Below, piece by piece: positions 10,591 through 19,847 of a stretch of DNA of 64,000 nt; position 1 is the stretch's first letter, and each line of letters opens with the position of its first letter. Below the pieces are notes generated by a model. It was not told where the DNA came from. It did not search any database and was given only the letters and a program-made list of their open reading frames with translations. Source of the DNA: a virus; the IMG/VR virus record IMGVR_UViG_3300042731_006431, positions 2,886 to 66,885 of that record, one strand, 5' to 3'. A program made the position numbers and the translations under genes.

Positions 10591-12036
10591 ATGAATTTGA
10601 GTGTATTCGAAAAAGAACGTCCAAATTTAAAATCATTAATTGCTGAATGGAATTTCCAACTTGATAGTTATGTTGGCGGTCGTAAATATTTAGCAAATAC
10701 AAATTATCTTCACCGACACCCTCTTGAATACGATGAGGAATACGCTAATCGTTTGTCAAGAACAACATACAGTAACAAAAACAAAAAGTACATTGATAAA
10801 ACAGTCAATAGTGTATACTCAAAAAAAATAACAAGAACCCTTCTTGAATCATCGCTGCCTTTTTTTAGATTCCAGGATTTCAATGGGAATGAATTAGAAA
10901 TAAATTCTTTTTTTAATTTTATATCTAAACTTAGATTAGCATTGGGTGAAGTGTATATATATTACAATCCACCTCAAACAGAAGGCAAAACCAATGCAGA
11001 AACTAAATATTCAAAAATTGATGTCTCTCCAATCTTGCCACAAGTGATAAAATATGTCGAAACTTATCAAGGTGAAATTATAGAGTTAACTATGACAGTT
11101 GACCAAACTATTTTACTTGATGAAAAAGAAATTGCTATTGATCAAATATATTACAATAAAAATGTTATCACTTACCATTTTAAAGAAAAGAAATTTAACG
11201 GCAAAAACGAACTATCTACACCTAATAACTTGGGTCAAGTTCCTTTTATTCAGTATACATTAGATGATAACTTTGATGGAGTAAGTGATTCGTACACAAT
11301 TGATGTATCAAGATTATCCAATGAAGCTCACAATATACGTTCCTGGATTAATCAAATCCTTTTCGATAATATGTATCCAACAATGAATATGCCAATGAAT
11401 GAAAGTATGATTGGCATTCTTGAAACACAATATGGAACAACAAAGAAAAACGGGATTGATATTGTTGATTTCCGTAAACGTAGAGTACAGCCCCATGATT
11501 CAGGTAATTCAATAAGTTATTTAGTTAATGATTTAAATAATATTGATAAACTTTTAGCCTATGAAGACAAACTTGAAACAGAAATAACAGAAGCTGTTTC
11601 CATGAGGCTTAAACAAATCGTGCAGCAAAGCGGCGTATCAAAGCAATATGACGTACAAGATGAAATTCAAGTATTGACATTTTTTAGCCAGGAAAAATTC
11701 AAAACAGCTGAAGAGAAGTTTTGGAACACAGTTTTAAGCTTAATTGGTAAAGAAAAATTAGACTATACGATTAATTATCCAGATCAAACAGCATTTGATT
11801 TAATAGATAGGACACAACGGCTTGATAATTTAGTACTCATAAGGGATACAATAGAGTCACCGAAGGCAAAAAAAGCAATAGATAAAATTATTGTGAAAGA
11901 TTATTTAAGTAATGATATTTCAGAAGATGAAATAAACATTATAAATAAAGAAATTGATGATGGAGACGTTGTTTCCAACACAAATGATTCTATATATAAT
12001 GAATCATTAAATATTAACGACGAGGAAGTTATTTAA
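10591..12036 (+). CDS. portal protein
   Basis: 481 aa, first gene of the head operon; Y.GG..YL..HP.E..E.Y..RL.R..Y.N, H/NxLG.VPF, SGVSK motifs. Confidence 0.85.
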   Translation: MNLSVFEKERPNLKSLIAEWNFQLDSYVGGRKYLANTNYLHRHPLEYDEEYANRLSRTTYSNKNKKYIDKTVNSVYSKKITRTLLESSLPFFRFQDFNGNELEINSFFNFISKLRLALGEVYIYYNPPQTEGKTNAETKYSKIDVSPILPQVIKYVETYQGEIIELTMTVDQTILLDEKEIAIDQIYYNKNVITYHFKEKKFNGKNELSTPNNLGQVPFIQYTLDDNFDGVSDSYTIDVSRLSNEAHNIRSWINQILFDNMYPTMNMPMNESMIGILETQYGTTKKNGIDIVDFRKRRVQPHDSGNSISYLVNDLNNIDKLLAYEDKLETEITEAVSMRLKQIVQQSGVSKQYDVQDEIQVLTFFSQEKFKTAEEKFWNTVLSLIGKEKLDYTINYPDQTAFDLIDRTQRLDNLVLIRDTIESPKAKKAIDKIIVKDYLSNDISEDEINIINKEIDDGDVVSNTNDSIYNESLNINDEEVI

Positions 12037-12543
12037 ATGGCTAATGCATACAATAATGTATATATAATATTATACAAAGACACATCTGGAGCATGGTCTG
12101 TTTATGCAAACAGTGGAACACCATATACTTATACGGTTGCACAAGATGCAGTAGATGCTGCAAAAGCATTATATGCAAATAACAACTATAAAATTTATCA
12201 AGAAATTCAAGTTACAGTAACAGATACAGCGGTGGTGGCATAAATGAGAATTCCAAAAGGGTCTATTGATCCTAAAAAACATAAGGTTCAAATTAGGCAT
12301 GGTGAAGGATTTGAGACTATTGATAATGACGATAAGCGATTTGTTTTAATTGTTAATCAAGGCGAATATGATGAAATTATTTTCGCAAAGCTTAATGAAA
12401 CTGAAACTATGGATGGTAAATTTATTCATCAAGTCTCTGTTATGCCTAAAACAGTGGCTGAGATGGCTAAAAATAAAAGTGAAACTAAGAATTCAGCTAA
12501 AGATTCGGCCAAATCTGAAGTTGAAGTAAAAACAAACAAATAG
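12037..12543 (+). CDS. two small head-region proteins (12037..12243, 12244..12543)
   Basis: Translationally coupled between portal and scaffold; first is A/T/V/Y rich like virion proteins. Confidence 0.6.
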
Positions 12544-12550
12544 GTGAATT

Positions 12551-13252
12551 ATGAATGAAGAAACTTCGGGTGATTCCGGCATCGATCAAACAAAACAAGC
12601 GGGTGATTCCGTTATAGATCAAACAAAACAGTCGTCTAAGGACGTTAAAACAACAGATCAAGAAGGCGTTGACCTTCAAAAATTGCTGGATGATCCAGCA
12701 AATAAACAAATATTTGATTTAGCCAGACAGAATCTAAAAGCTGAATTTGATCGTAAATTAGATAAAGAAAATAAAAAGCTACAAGATACGTTTGAATTGC
12801 AACTAGCTAAAGCGGTTGAGGGTAAATTAGACGAGTTAAAGACTGAATCTAAAACAGAAATAGACTTAAAAACTGATCATATTAGGACATTAGAAGGTAC
12901 TATTTCAGATTTAGAAACTAAGCTTAACGCTCAAATAAAAATAAACCACGCTGCTATTATAAGACAAGCAATCTTAGAGCATTATACAACTGGGTTAGTA
13001 GAAGATAATCAATCTATTCGTGAGGATCTTGTGAATGTATTATCTCCTCTTTTTGAAGTAGATGATGATGACAAACCGAGGTTAATTTTAGACAAAGCAA
13101 TAGAAAAGCATGCTGACGAATTTAGAAAACAACGGAGCTATTTCTATAATTCCGATATTAAAAATGGTAACCCAGTAAATCCACAACAGAAACAATTTAC
13201 ACCAAAACCAAGTTTAGAGGAAGCAGCTAAATCAATCATTAAAGGATTCTAA
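12551..13252 (+). CDS. capsid scaffolding protein
   Basis: Acidic low-complexity N-term, coiled-coil core, directly upstream of the capsid gene. Confidence 0.75.
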   Translation: MNEETSGDSGIDQTKQAGDSVIDQTKQSSKDVKTTDQEGVDLQKLLDDPANKQIFDLARQNLKAEFDRKLDKENKKLQDTFELQLAKAVEGKLDELKTESKTEIDLKTDHIRTLEGTISDLETKLNAQIKINHAAIIRQAILEHYTTGLVEDNQSIREDLVNVLSPLFEVDDDDKPRLILDKAIEKHADEFRKQRSYFYNSDIKNGNPVNPQQKQFTPKPSLEEAAKSIIKGF

Positions 13253-13254
13253 TT

Positions 13255-14169
13255 ATGGCAGAAAGCATATTAGATTATCATAATACAAATTACGCTGAAT
13301 CGGTTCCGCTTGTAGAGGAATTTATAACAGGGCAACCGATTTTAAATATTGTTCCAGCGGAAACAAACATAATTGATCACGTAGCTGTGTTTAGTCGTGA
13401 TGAAGGCCTTCAAGGTGATTCCGGGCGTGTCGTTAACAACACAACAATCACAGCAGCTGAAGACGACGATTTTTCTATCATCAAAAAAGAATTAATCATA
13501 CGTGACAGAAAATTTTTCTTAGATAACAAAATTTTAAATTCTACCAATGGAAACAACGTTAAGAATTTAAAATTGAAAAAAGCATTGCAGGCTTTGGGAG
13601 CGAGTGCAAATTATCGTTTTATTAATGGGACAGAGGCTGCTGATGATTTTAGAGGCTTGAATGTTATTGCTCAAGATAATAGCATGACAAGTTCATATGG
13701 CACAGCAGTATCAACAGCTGCAACCGCTCAAACATGTTTAGATTATTTAGAAGACGCTATGAGCTCTATTTTATATAGGGCAACTCATTTACTTATCGGT
13801 TCTGATGGATTTAAAGTACTTCGAAAAATAGCAACCTATAGTCAACAAGTCACTGTTAGTGTACAAGATAGAGTTGTTGGGAAAGCTATTGGTGAGATAA
13901 TTCTAGGTGCAAAGACATTGCCAATCGTTTGGGCTGGTAAAGTTGGTTATGGAAGTACTACTATTAACAATGAGGTAATCCCATTGTCTACAACCACAAC
14001 AGATTTTTACCTAGTAGATTTCAGCGAAAACGGCGTTACTTTTGCTTTAGAATTAGCACCAACAAAAGCAATTGAAGGTGAAACAGGTATTTCTTATGTA
14101 TTGGAACAATATCAAATGTTGTGTGATAAATCCGCTTATTGCGTATATAAACACACACAAACAGTATAA
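13255..14169 (+). CDS. major capsid protein (HK97 fold)
   Basis: 304 aa after scaffold; PIL..P, E-loop-like F.R...L....R..N, FING....F.GL signature. Confidence 0.85.
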   Translation: MAESILDYHNTNYAESVPLVEEFITGQPILNIVPAETNIIDHVAVFSRDEGLQGDSGRVVNNTTITAAEDDDFSIIKKELIIRDRKFFLDNKILNSTNGNNVKNLKLKKALQALGASANYRFINGTEAADDFRGLNVIAQDNSMTSSYGTAVSTAATAQTCLDYLEDAMSSILYRATHLLIGSDGFKVLRKIATYSQQVTVSVQDRVVGKAIGEIILGAKTLPIVWAGKVGYGSTTINNEVIPLSTTTTDFYLVDFSENGVTFALELAPTKAIEGETGISYVLEQYQMLCDKSAYCVYKHTQTV

Positions 14170-14181
14170 GGAGTTATAAAA

Positions 14182-14586
14182 ATGGCTAAAGAACAAAACA
14201 AGTACGCATTTGATTATAGCTTTTATACTGCAAGTGCGACATATGTAGCAACAAACAACGCAGCTTTAACAGTGTTAAAAGCAAAATTCTTACATGATGG
14301 CTTTTACAGGTTTGTTGTCGACATAACCGATTTAGATTATACAGGAAGTGAGACGTATACTCTAACAGTGTATACAAATTCTGGTAGTACTACATTATGT
14401 ACTCTACCAATATTAGCAGCTGATCTTTTCAACCCATCAACTGGAAATTACAGAGGTCAAGCAACTATTACACGGTGGATAAACGTTGCCAACATCACAA
14501 CTGATATTCGTATGGGTTTAACATTGGCGAATGGTTCAGGAACAGCTTCTATTACATGTGAAGTTGGGATTGTGGACGGTAACTAA
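14182..14586 (+). CDS. putative capsid decoration/cement protein
   Basis: Immediately after the capsid gene, strong RBS, T/A/G-rich beta-type composition. Confidence 0.55.
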   Translation: MAKEQNKYAFDYSFYTASATYVATNNAALTVLKAKFLHDGFYRFVVDITDLDYTGSETYTLTVYTNSGSTTLCTLPILAADLFNPSTGNYRGQATITRWINVANITTDIRMGLTLANGSGTASITCEVGIVDGN

Positions 14587-14588
14587 GA

Positions 14589-15110
14589 ATGTATTATGTA
14601 ACTCTTGACGAGGTTGATACTCATATAGCAAATGATCCATATACATATACTCAATGGTCGGCTTTTAGTGACACTGTAAAAGCTCAGTATATTGAGAGAG
14701 CAGAATGGATCATTGATAGAGATTTTAAATTTGTTGGTTACCCTATGAATCGAACACAAGTTCATGCTTTTCCTAGAGATTTCACTAAATGGATACCAGT
14801 TGAATTAGATAACTTTTATTTAGTGGGAGAGAATTATGTTATAGATGATAAGACATATTATGACCCACTTGTTATCTATAATCAACAAAAAGATATTCCT
14901 ATGGTAAAAGACTCAGTAATGGAAATAGTGATTGAACTTGTTAAAAATTCAAGTTTAAGTCAATTAAAAGACTTACAAAACTCTGTCGGTGCTGTTAGTG
15001 TGTCGATTGCAAGTATTAAAATTGATATGACATTAGGTTCAAGAATCGGTCAAGCAGTCAGGAGTTACTTAAGAGATTTTTTGATGATTAATTTTTCTTT
15101 GAGGAATTAA
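14589..15110 (+). CDS. head-tail adaptor protein
   Basis: YVTLDEVD.H..W......K...I.RA...ID..F.G......Q..AFPR pattern; position. Confidence 0.7.
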   Translation: MYYVTLDEVDTHIANDPYTYTQWSAFSDTVKAQYIERAEWIIDRDFKFVGYPMNRTQVHAFPRDFTKWIPVELDNFYLVGENYVIDDKTYYDPLVIYNQQKDIPMVKDSVMEIVIELVKNSSLSQLKDLQNSVGAVSVSIASIKIDMTLGSRIGQAVRSYLRDFLMINFSLRN

Positions 15111-15114
15111 AAGT

Positions 15115-15808
15115 ATGTTGACCAATGCGACTATTACAATAGTAGAAACATCAGTTGGGTCTTATCATGATTATACAAAAATTAGCGAAACTCAGTATCC
15201 AGCATATTTTTCACAGTTAACAATACAGGATACAATTAAATTAAAATCGAGTGAAACTTTAAATAAAACTGGTAATTATGATAAAATAACAGCTTTGGTG
15301 TTACTTATGAATAACGTTGCTAATACATTAAATCCTCAAATACATTTAATTAAAAAGGATTCAACCTACTATAAAATAAATAAGATTGATGTTGTGCCAA
15401 TGTTTTTAACAGGGGCACAAATTTATTTAGAGGAGTTTAAAGGCGTTGTTTCTGAGTGATTTAGTAACTTATTGTCAAACTCAAAGCGGTCTTGATACCT
15501 ACTTTCAAGCAGATAGTCCAACAAGTGGGAACTGTCTAATTATAAAAATCGAAGGTGAAGAACAAGACGAGCTTGAGATGAAAGAGGACTATATAATCAC
15601 TTTGATATACGTCAAAAGTGATATTTTTTTGACCTATTATTCTGCTATGAAAAGTTTCTTTTTGGGAATATCTCAATTAAACGGATATACAATGGGGACT
15701 ACCAGAGTTTCAGCTAGTGACATAAGCCCAATTGAAACAGCAGAACAAGATGGTCGATGGGTTGGATTTCAGACATTTAGATTTATAGTGAGTTTGTCAA
15801 ACTCATAA
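15115..15808 (+). CDS. two head-closure/tail-terminator candidates (15115..15459, 15446..15808)
   Basis: Size and position between adaptor and major tail protein. Confidence 0.55.
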
Positions 15809-15836
15809 AATATATTATATAATTTAGGATATTATT

Positions 15837-16892
15837 ATGGCAATTATACCTAGTTCTGGAAAGCTTCAGAACATTAAAAATTTAAAAGCTGGTACAGCGA
15901 GAGCATGGATATCAGATGCTCCAACAGCTTACACCCCAAGTGGGACAACTGCTGACACTTTAGGCGCTGCAATTTCATCTACATCAGCCACTACTGTGAC
16001 AGTAGCAACAGGAGCAACATTTTCAGTAAATGACATTGTTGAAATACCTTCTACAGGCGAAAAAATGCTTGTTACAGGAATTGCAACAAATGATTTAACC
16101 GTTATACGTGGTTATGATGGTACAATTGCGGCTACAGCTTCAGACGGTGTAGTCATTAACCGTGTTGGATTAGGTTTTGTAACCGCTGCAACAACTGGTA
16201 TTGATGCTACTTCGATCACAATTGAAGACGATACCAATTTGGCAGCAGATATGATTGCTCGACCACAATATAATGTAGATTCAGATGAACGTATTTTAAT
16301 TACGGCTGTAACAACAGCATCAGGTGATGATACATTAACTGTTTGGAGAGATTTTAATCTCAATAGGGCTAAAAGCGAATATACTTATTCATACGCAGAT
16401 CAAGACGGTTGGGTAGTTGAATTTGTATCATTTAAAAACGCTTTTTCTGATACAACCAACTGGTTAGAAATTGAAACTGAGGGTGGAATTACAATTTCTG
16501 AAGACCGAGCAACTATTGAAACACACTCTGATCAACGTGGAACAGACAAAACATTTATTGATACAGTTAAATGGACTGTAAGTTTTTCAAGTCCTTTGAC
16601 AGATCCTGTTATAATGGGATATTATGATCAAATTCAATATCTTAATTCAAACAATGGTCAACGAAAAGGTTCTAGTTTAGTATCTCGTGATGGGAAACAA
16701 TTAACTGGTATCATGCTCTACATTGAGGGTCAAGAATCAGCCGATAAAGAATGCTGGTTCTTATATGACGTAGCGATGAGCGACAAAGGCGATACACCTT
16801 ACACAAAAGATCAACGAATGACAGATCTTACATTTAATTGTCAGTATAAAAGAGAAATGGCAGCTTGTGGGTCTAACACAATAGCAGCATAA
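15837..16892 (+). CDS. major tail (tube) protein with inserted beta-rich domains
   Basis: T/A-rich, repeated E...VT.....LTV.RG units; position before chaperone and tape measure. Confidence 0.7.
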   Translation: MAIIPSSGKLQNIKNLKAGTARAWISDAPTAYTPSGTTADTLGAAISSTSATTVTVATGATFSVNDIVEIPSTGEKMLVTGIATNDLTVIRGYDGTIAATASDGVVINRVGLGFVTAATTGIDATSITIEDDTNLAADMIARPQYNVDSDERILITAVTTASGDDTLTVWRDFNLNRAKSEYTYSYADQDGWVVEFVSFKNAFSDTTNWLEIETEGGITISEDRATIETHSDQRGTDKTFIDTVKWTVSFSSPLTDPVIMGYYDQIQYLNSNNGQRKGSSLVSRDGKQLTGIMLYIEGQESADKECWFLYDVAMSDKGDTPYTKDQRMTDLTFNCQYKREMAACGSNTIAA

Positions 16893-17704
16893 TGAAAATA
16901 GAAACGCAGAACCTTATTATAGATAATATGTTTCTGAAGCCGTTCGTGGTGACTTTTGACGCTGCGAACGGCGTTTATGTTGAATTTAAAAGATTGCCAT
17001 TGCAAAAAGAAATTGAAATCTATCAAGAAATAATTAATTTAAAACCTGATAATAAAGATACTTATTACGATATATTTAACCATATTACATTGAGTTATTC
17101 AAAAGAATTTAAAAGATATACTAAAAAACGCTTTAGGAAAATAGTTGATAATGATAATTTTGATACTATAGCTAGTTTAATAGCTCTTTGGTATAATAAA
17201 ACGCAAGAAATAGCAAGCAGTGAAGATTTACAGTCGTTATATAAATATGATTCAAGTGGTGAAAAAGAGAAAAAAAAGGATGATACTCGAAATCTTTTAT
17301 TAGAACTGGATATTTATAGAACTTATACAGATGCAATTCGTTATTTTGGTTATGAATCGGTTGATAAATTCAATCTAAATTACTTATCATTGATGCTTAA
17401 AGTAATTGAGATTAAAACCTACCAGCAAACACTTAGCGAATTCCGTCTTCAAACAACAGTACAAGCGATGGCCTATGGAGGCGATTACAAAGAATATGTT
17501 GATGACCTAATACATTATTCAATGGGTAATTTTAATTATAAAGAATTGAAAAAAGAGATTCAAAAAGATATAAAAGAACAACGTGATTTAATGCAAACTA
17601 TTGTAACACAATATGAAGAGAAATTAAAAGAGATGCAACCTATTGAAAGATTAGCATTTATTAAGAAAAAAATGAATGAGGTTAGTAATGAAAGAGTTAA
17701 TTAA
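16892..17704 (+). CDS. tail assembly chaperone (G-T-like in a single frame)
   Basis: Follows the tail tube gene; internal A8 run/A_AAA_AAG at 17270-17278. Confidence 0.55.
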   Translation: MKIETQNLIIDNMFLKPFVVTFDAANGVYVEFKRLPLQKEIEIYQEIINLKPDNKDTYYDIFNHITLSYSKEFKRYTKKRFRKIVDNDNFDTIASLIALWYNKTQEIASSEDLQSLYKYDSSGEKEKKKDDTRNLLLELDIYRTYTDAIRYFGYESVDKFNLNYLSLMLKVIEIKTYQQTLSEFRLQTTVQAMAYGGDYKEYVDDLIHYSMGNFNYKELKKEIQKDIKEQRDLMQTIVTQYEEKLKEMQPIERLAFIKKKMNEVSNERVN

Positions 17705-18001
17705 AAATTCAGAATATATATTTGAAACTGATTATAATTTAGGAATATTTCGTAATGATAATAATGAACTTGATAAATATATAATTAATAAAGGCGAAAT
17801 AATAAGATTTGAAAAGTTTATTTTTGATGAAATAGATAAAATATACAATATTATTTTTCTAATCAACAAAAAACAATCATTAACTATATCTTTTGACCGA
17901 TTTTTAAATTTGCTTAAAGATGGAATAATTGTTGAATCTAATAAATTATCAATTGCAGTATAATATTTTGTTTTGAAAAAATAATGAAAGAGGTTGAATA
18001 A

Positions 18002-18154
18002 ATGGCAACGCCTATTTCACCAACACCAATATTAAAAGGTAAGGATGCTATACGTTTCATAAATATGATGAATCATAATAATGAGCATGTGAGGACAATT
18101 ACCCCGCCAAATTTAACTAAATTAAATGAGGCTCTTAGAATAGATAAGGTTTAA
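18002..18154 (+). CDS. 50-aa small protein MATPISPTPILKGKDAIRF..., not in the ORF track
   Basis: GAGG RBS, ATG 18002, TAA 18152-18154. Confidence 0.6.
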   Translation: MATPISPTPILKGKDAIRFINMMNHNNEHVRTITPPNLTKLNEALRIDKV

Positions 18155-18414
18155 TTAATGATAGATTTAAATCAATATGAGACTGATGAATTTGAAACTG
18201 GAAAGTATATTATAGATCCACATTACAATAAAATAAAAAGGTTTCAATATTTAAGAAAATATAAAAAAATGCGTTTATGTAATTATTGTTATAATCGGCA
18301 CTGTCATGATAGTAGACGTTCTTATTTTAGATCATGGAAATTATACAGAAAAACTCAATATAGGAAATACATCCAAATAAGAAAAATAAATTTAGCCGCT
18401 TAGGAGTAAGCAAT

Positions 18415-19353
18415 GTGTCTATCTTACAAGACAAATATAAAAATCTTATCAAAATAGCTTCTCAATGGAATAAAATCAATCCCTCCGACAAACAAAAATT
18501 AAGATCATACTATATAAAATTAAGAGCAGCGTTAAACGATATAGCCAGAGAAACTATCAAACAAGCTGATCCACAAGGACGATATGAAAAGTATTATAAT
18601 ACTCTTGTTAAAAAATATAAAAGTAAAGTACCATTCGATTTAAAGCCCTATAGTGGTAATAGTAGAGATACTGATAAGCTTAAAAAACAAATTGAAAAAG
18701 ATTTATTTTCAGCTACCAAACACGGTTTAAACATGACTAAACTCAAAGTTGAGTTTTTAGAGCAAGCCGAAAAAGCTTATACACAAGAGTCATTAGATGC
18801 AATTAAACCAAGAGTTACGTTATTAGATATAGGTTCAGATCGAGCAAAAAAGGTACAAAGATATATAATTAAGCGTGTTGAGCGTGGTTTAAATAGACAA
18901 CAAAGTTTTGATGATGTTCAAAAAGACGTATTAAAGGCTTTAGAAAGTGAATATCCTAATGGATATATCGAAATTCCGCTTGATGACAAAGGAAAAAAAT
19001 CAAGAAAGTTGTCATTGATTAGATACTCTGAAGGATGGATTCAGGATATGCAATCAAAGGTTGCATCACAGGCAACTATATCATGGATGTCAGCTGCTGA
19101 TGTTAATATAGTAGAGGTTGCTGGTGGTACTACTAATAACCCAATTTGTGACCCATATTCAACGCCTGGGTCTAATGTATATTGGGTTGATAAGCCAGTT
19201 CCTGGTTTAGAAAGATTGGAAGCCGCTCCACCATATCACCCGTTCTGCTCAAAGGTTTTACTACCTTATTTTGGAGATGTTCCTAAACAAGACTATGAAG
19301 ATAAGCCACCAGAGACAAGCTTTCAAAAAGATACGATGGATGAGATAGAATGA
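18415..19353 (+). CDS. minor capsid/head morphogenesis protein (SPP1 gp7/MuF-like)
   Basis: C-terminal C.PY...PPYHPFC motif; basic helical N-term. Confidence 0.7.
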   Translation: MSILQDKYKNLIKIASQWNKINPSDKQKLRSYYIKLRAALNDIARETIKQADPQGRYEKYYNTLVKKYKSKVPFDLKPYSGNSRDTDKLKKQIEKDLFSATKHGLNMTKLKVEFLEQAEKAYTQESLDAIKPRVTLLDIGSDRAKKVQRYIIKRVERGLNRQQSFDDVQKDVLKALESEYPNGYIEIPLDDKGKKSRKLSLIRYSEGWIQDMQSKVASQATISWMSAADVNIVEVAGGTTNNPICDPYSTPGSNVYWVDKPVPGLERLEAAPPYHPFCSKVLLPYFGDVPKQDYEDKPPETSFQKDTMDEIE

Positions 19354-19838
19354 CATATAACGTAAAAGCAGACTCAAAAAAAGAATTGCTAAAGTGGGTG
19401 TTAGAATTGAGGACTTTGGCCGCTAAATATGCACCAAAAGAAACAGGTACATTGATGAATGTAATTCTAAAAAGTGGTTTTAAAATTAAAGAAAGTGATG
19501 GTGGCTTTGTTATAGAGATTAACATTGATTTACCATACGCTAAAATCCAACATGATGCAATTCTTAGACATCTACCTAACTTTCAAGATATTTCACCACG
19601 AAATAAAATGGCAAGTTTAATTAAACTCCCAACAAAATACAAACAAGGATCTACAAGAGAACAACAGACTCATGCAAGGCGTTATAGTCGTGGGTATTAT
19701 AGAGCAAGACAATATAATATGTTAACTGGACCGGTTAAAAACCCTTACTTTGATAGAGCAATTGAGGAGATGGAACCAGCTTTAGATCAATTGTTTGATG
19801 GTTTAATTACTAAGATGATAAAAAAATATTTAGATTAG
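19350..19838 (+). CDS. HK97 gp10-like tail completion protein
   Basis: A..YAP.ETG.L, PYA..QH, PYFDRA motifs. Confidence 0.7.
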   Translation: MTYNVKADSKKELLKWVLELRTLAAKYAPKETGTLMNVILKSGFKIKESDGGFVIEINIDLPYAKIQHDAILRHLPNFQDISPRNKMASLIKLPTKYKQGSTREQQTHARRYSRGYYRARQYNMLTGPVKNPYFDRAIEEMEPALDQLFDGLITKMIKKYLD

Positions 19839-19847
19839 AGGATTATT

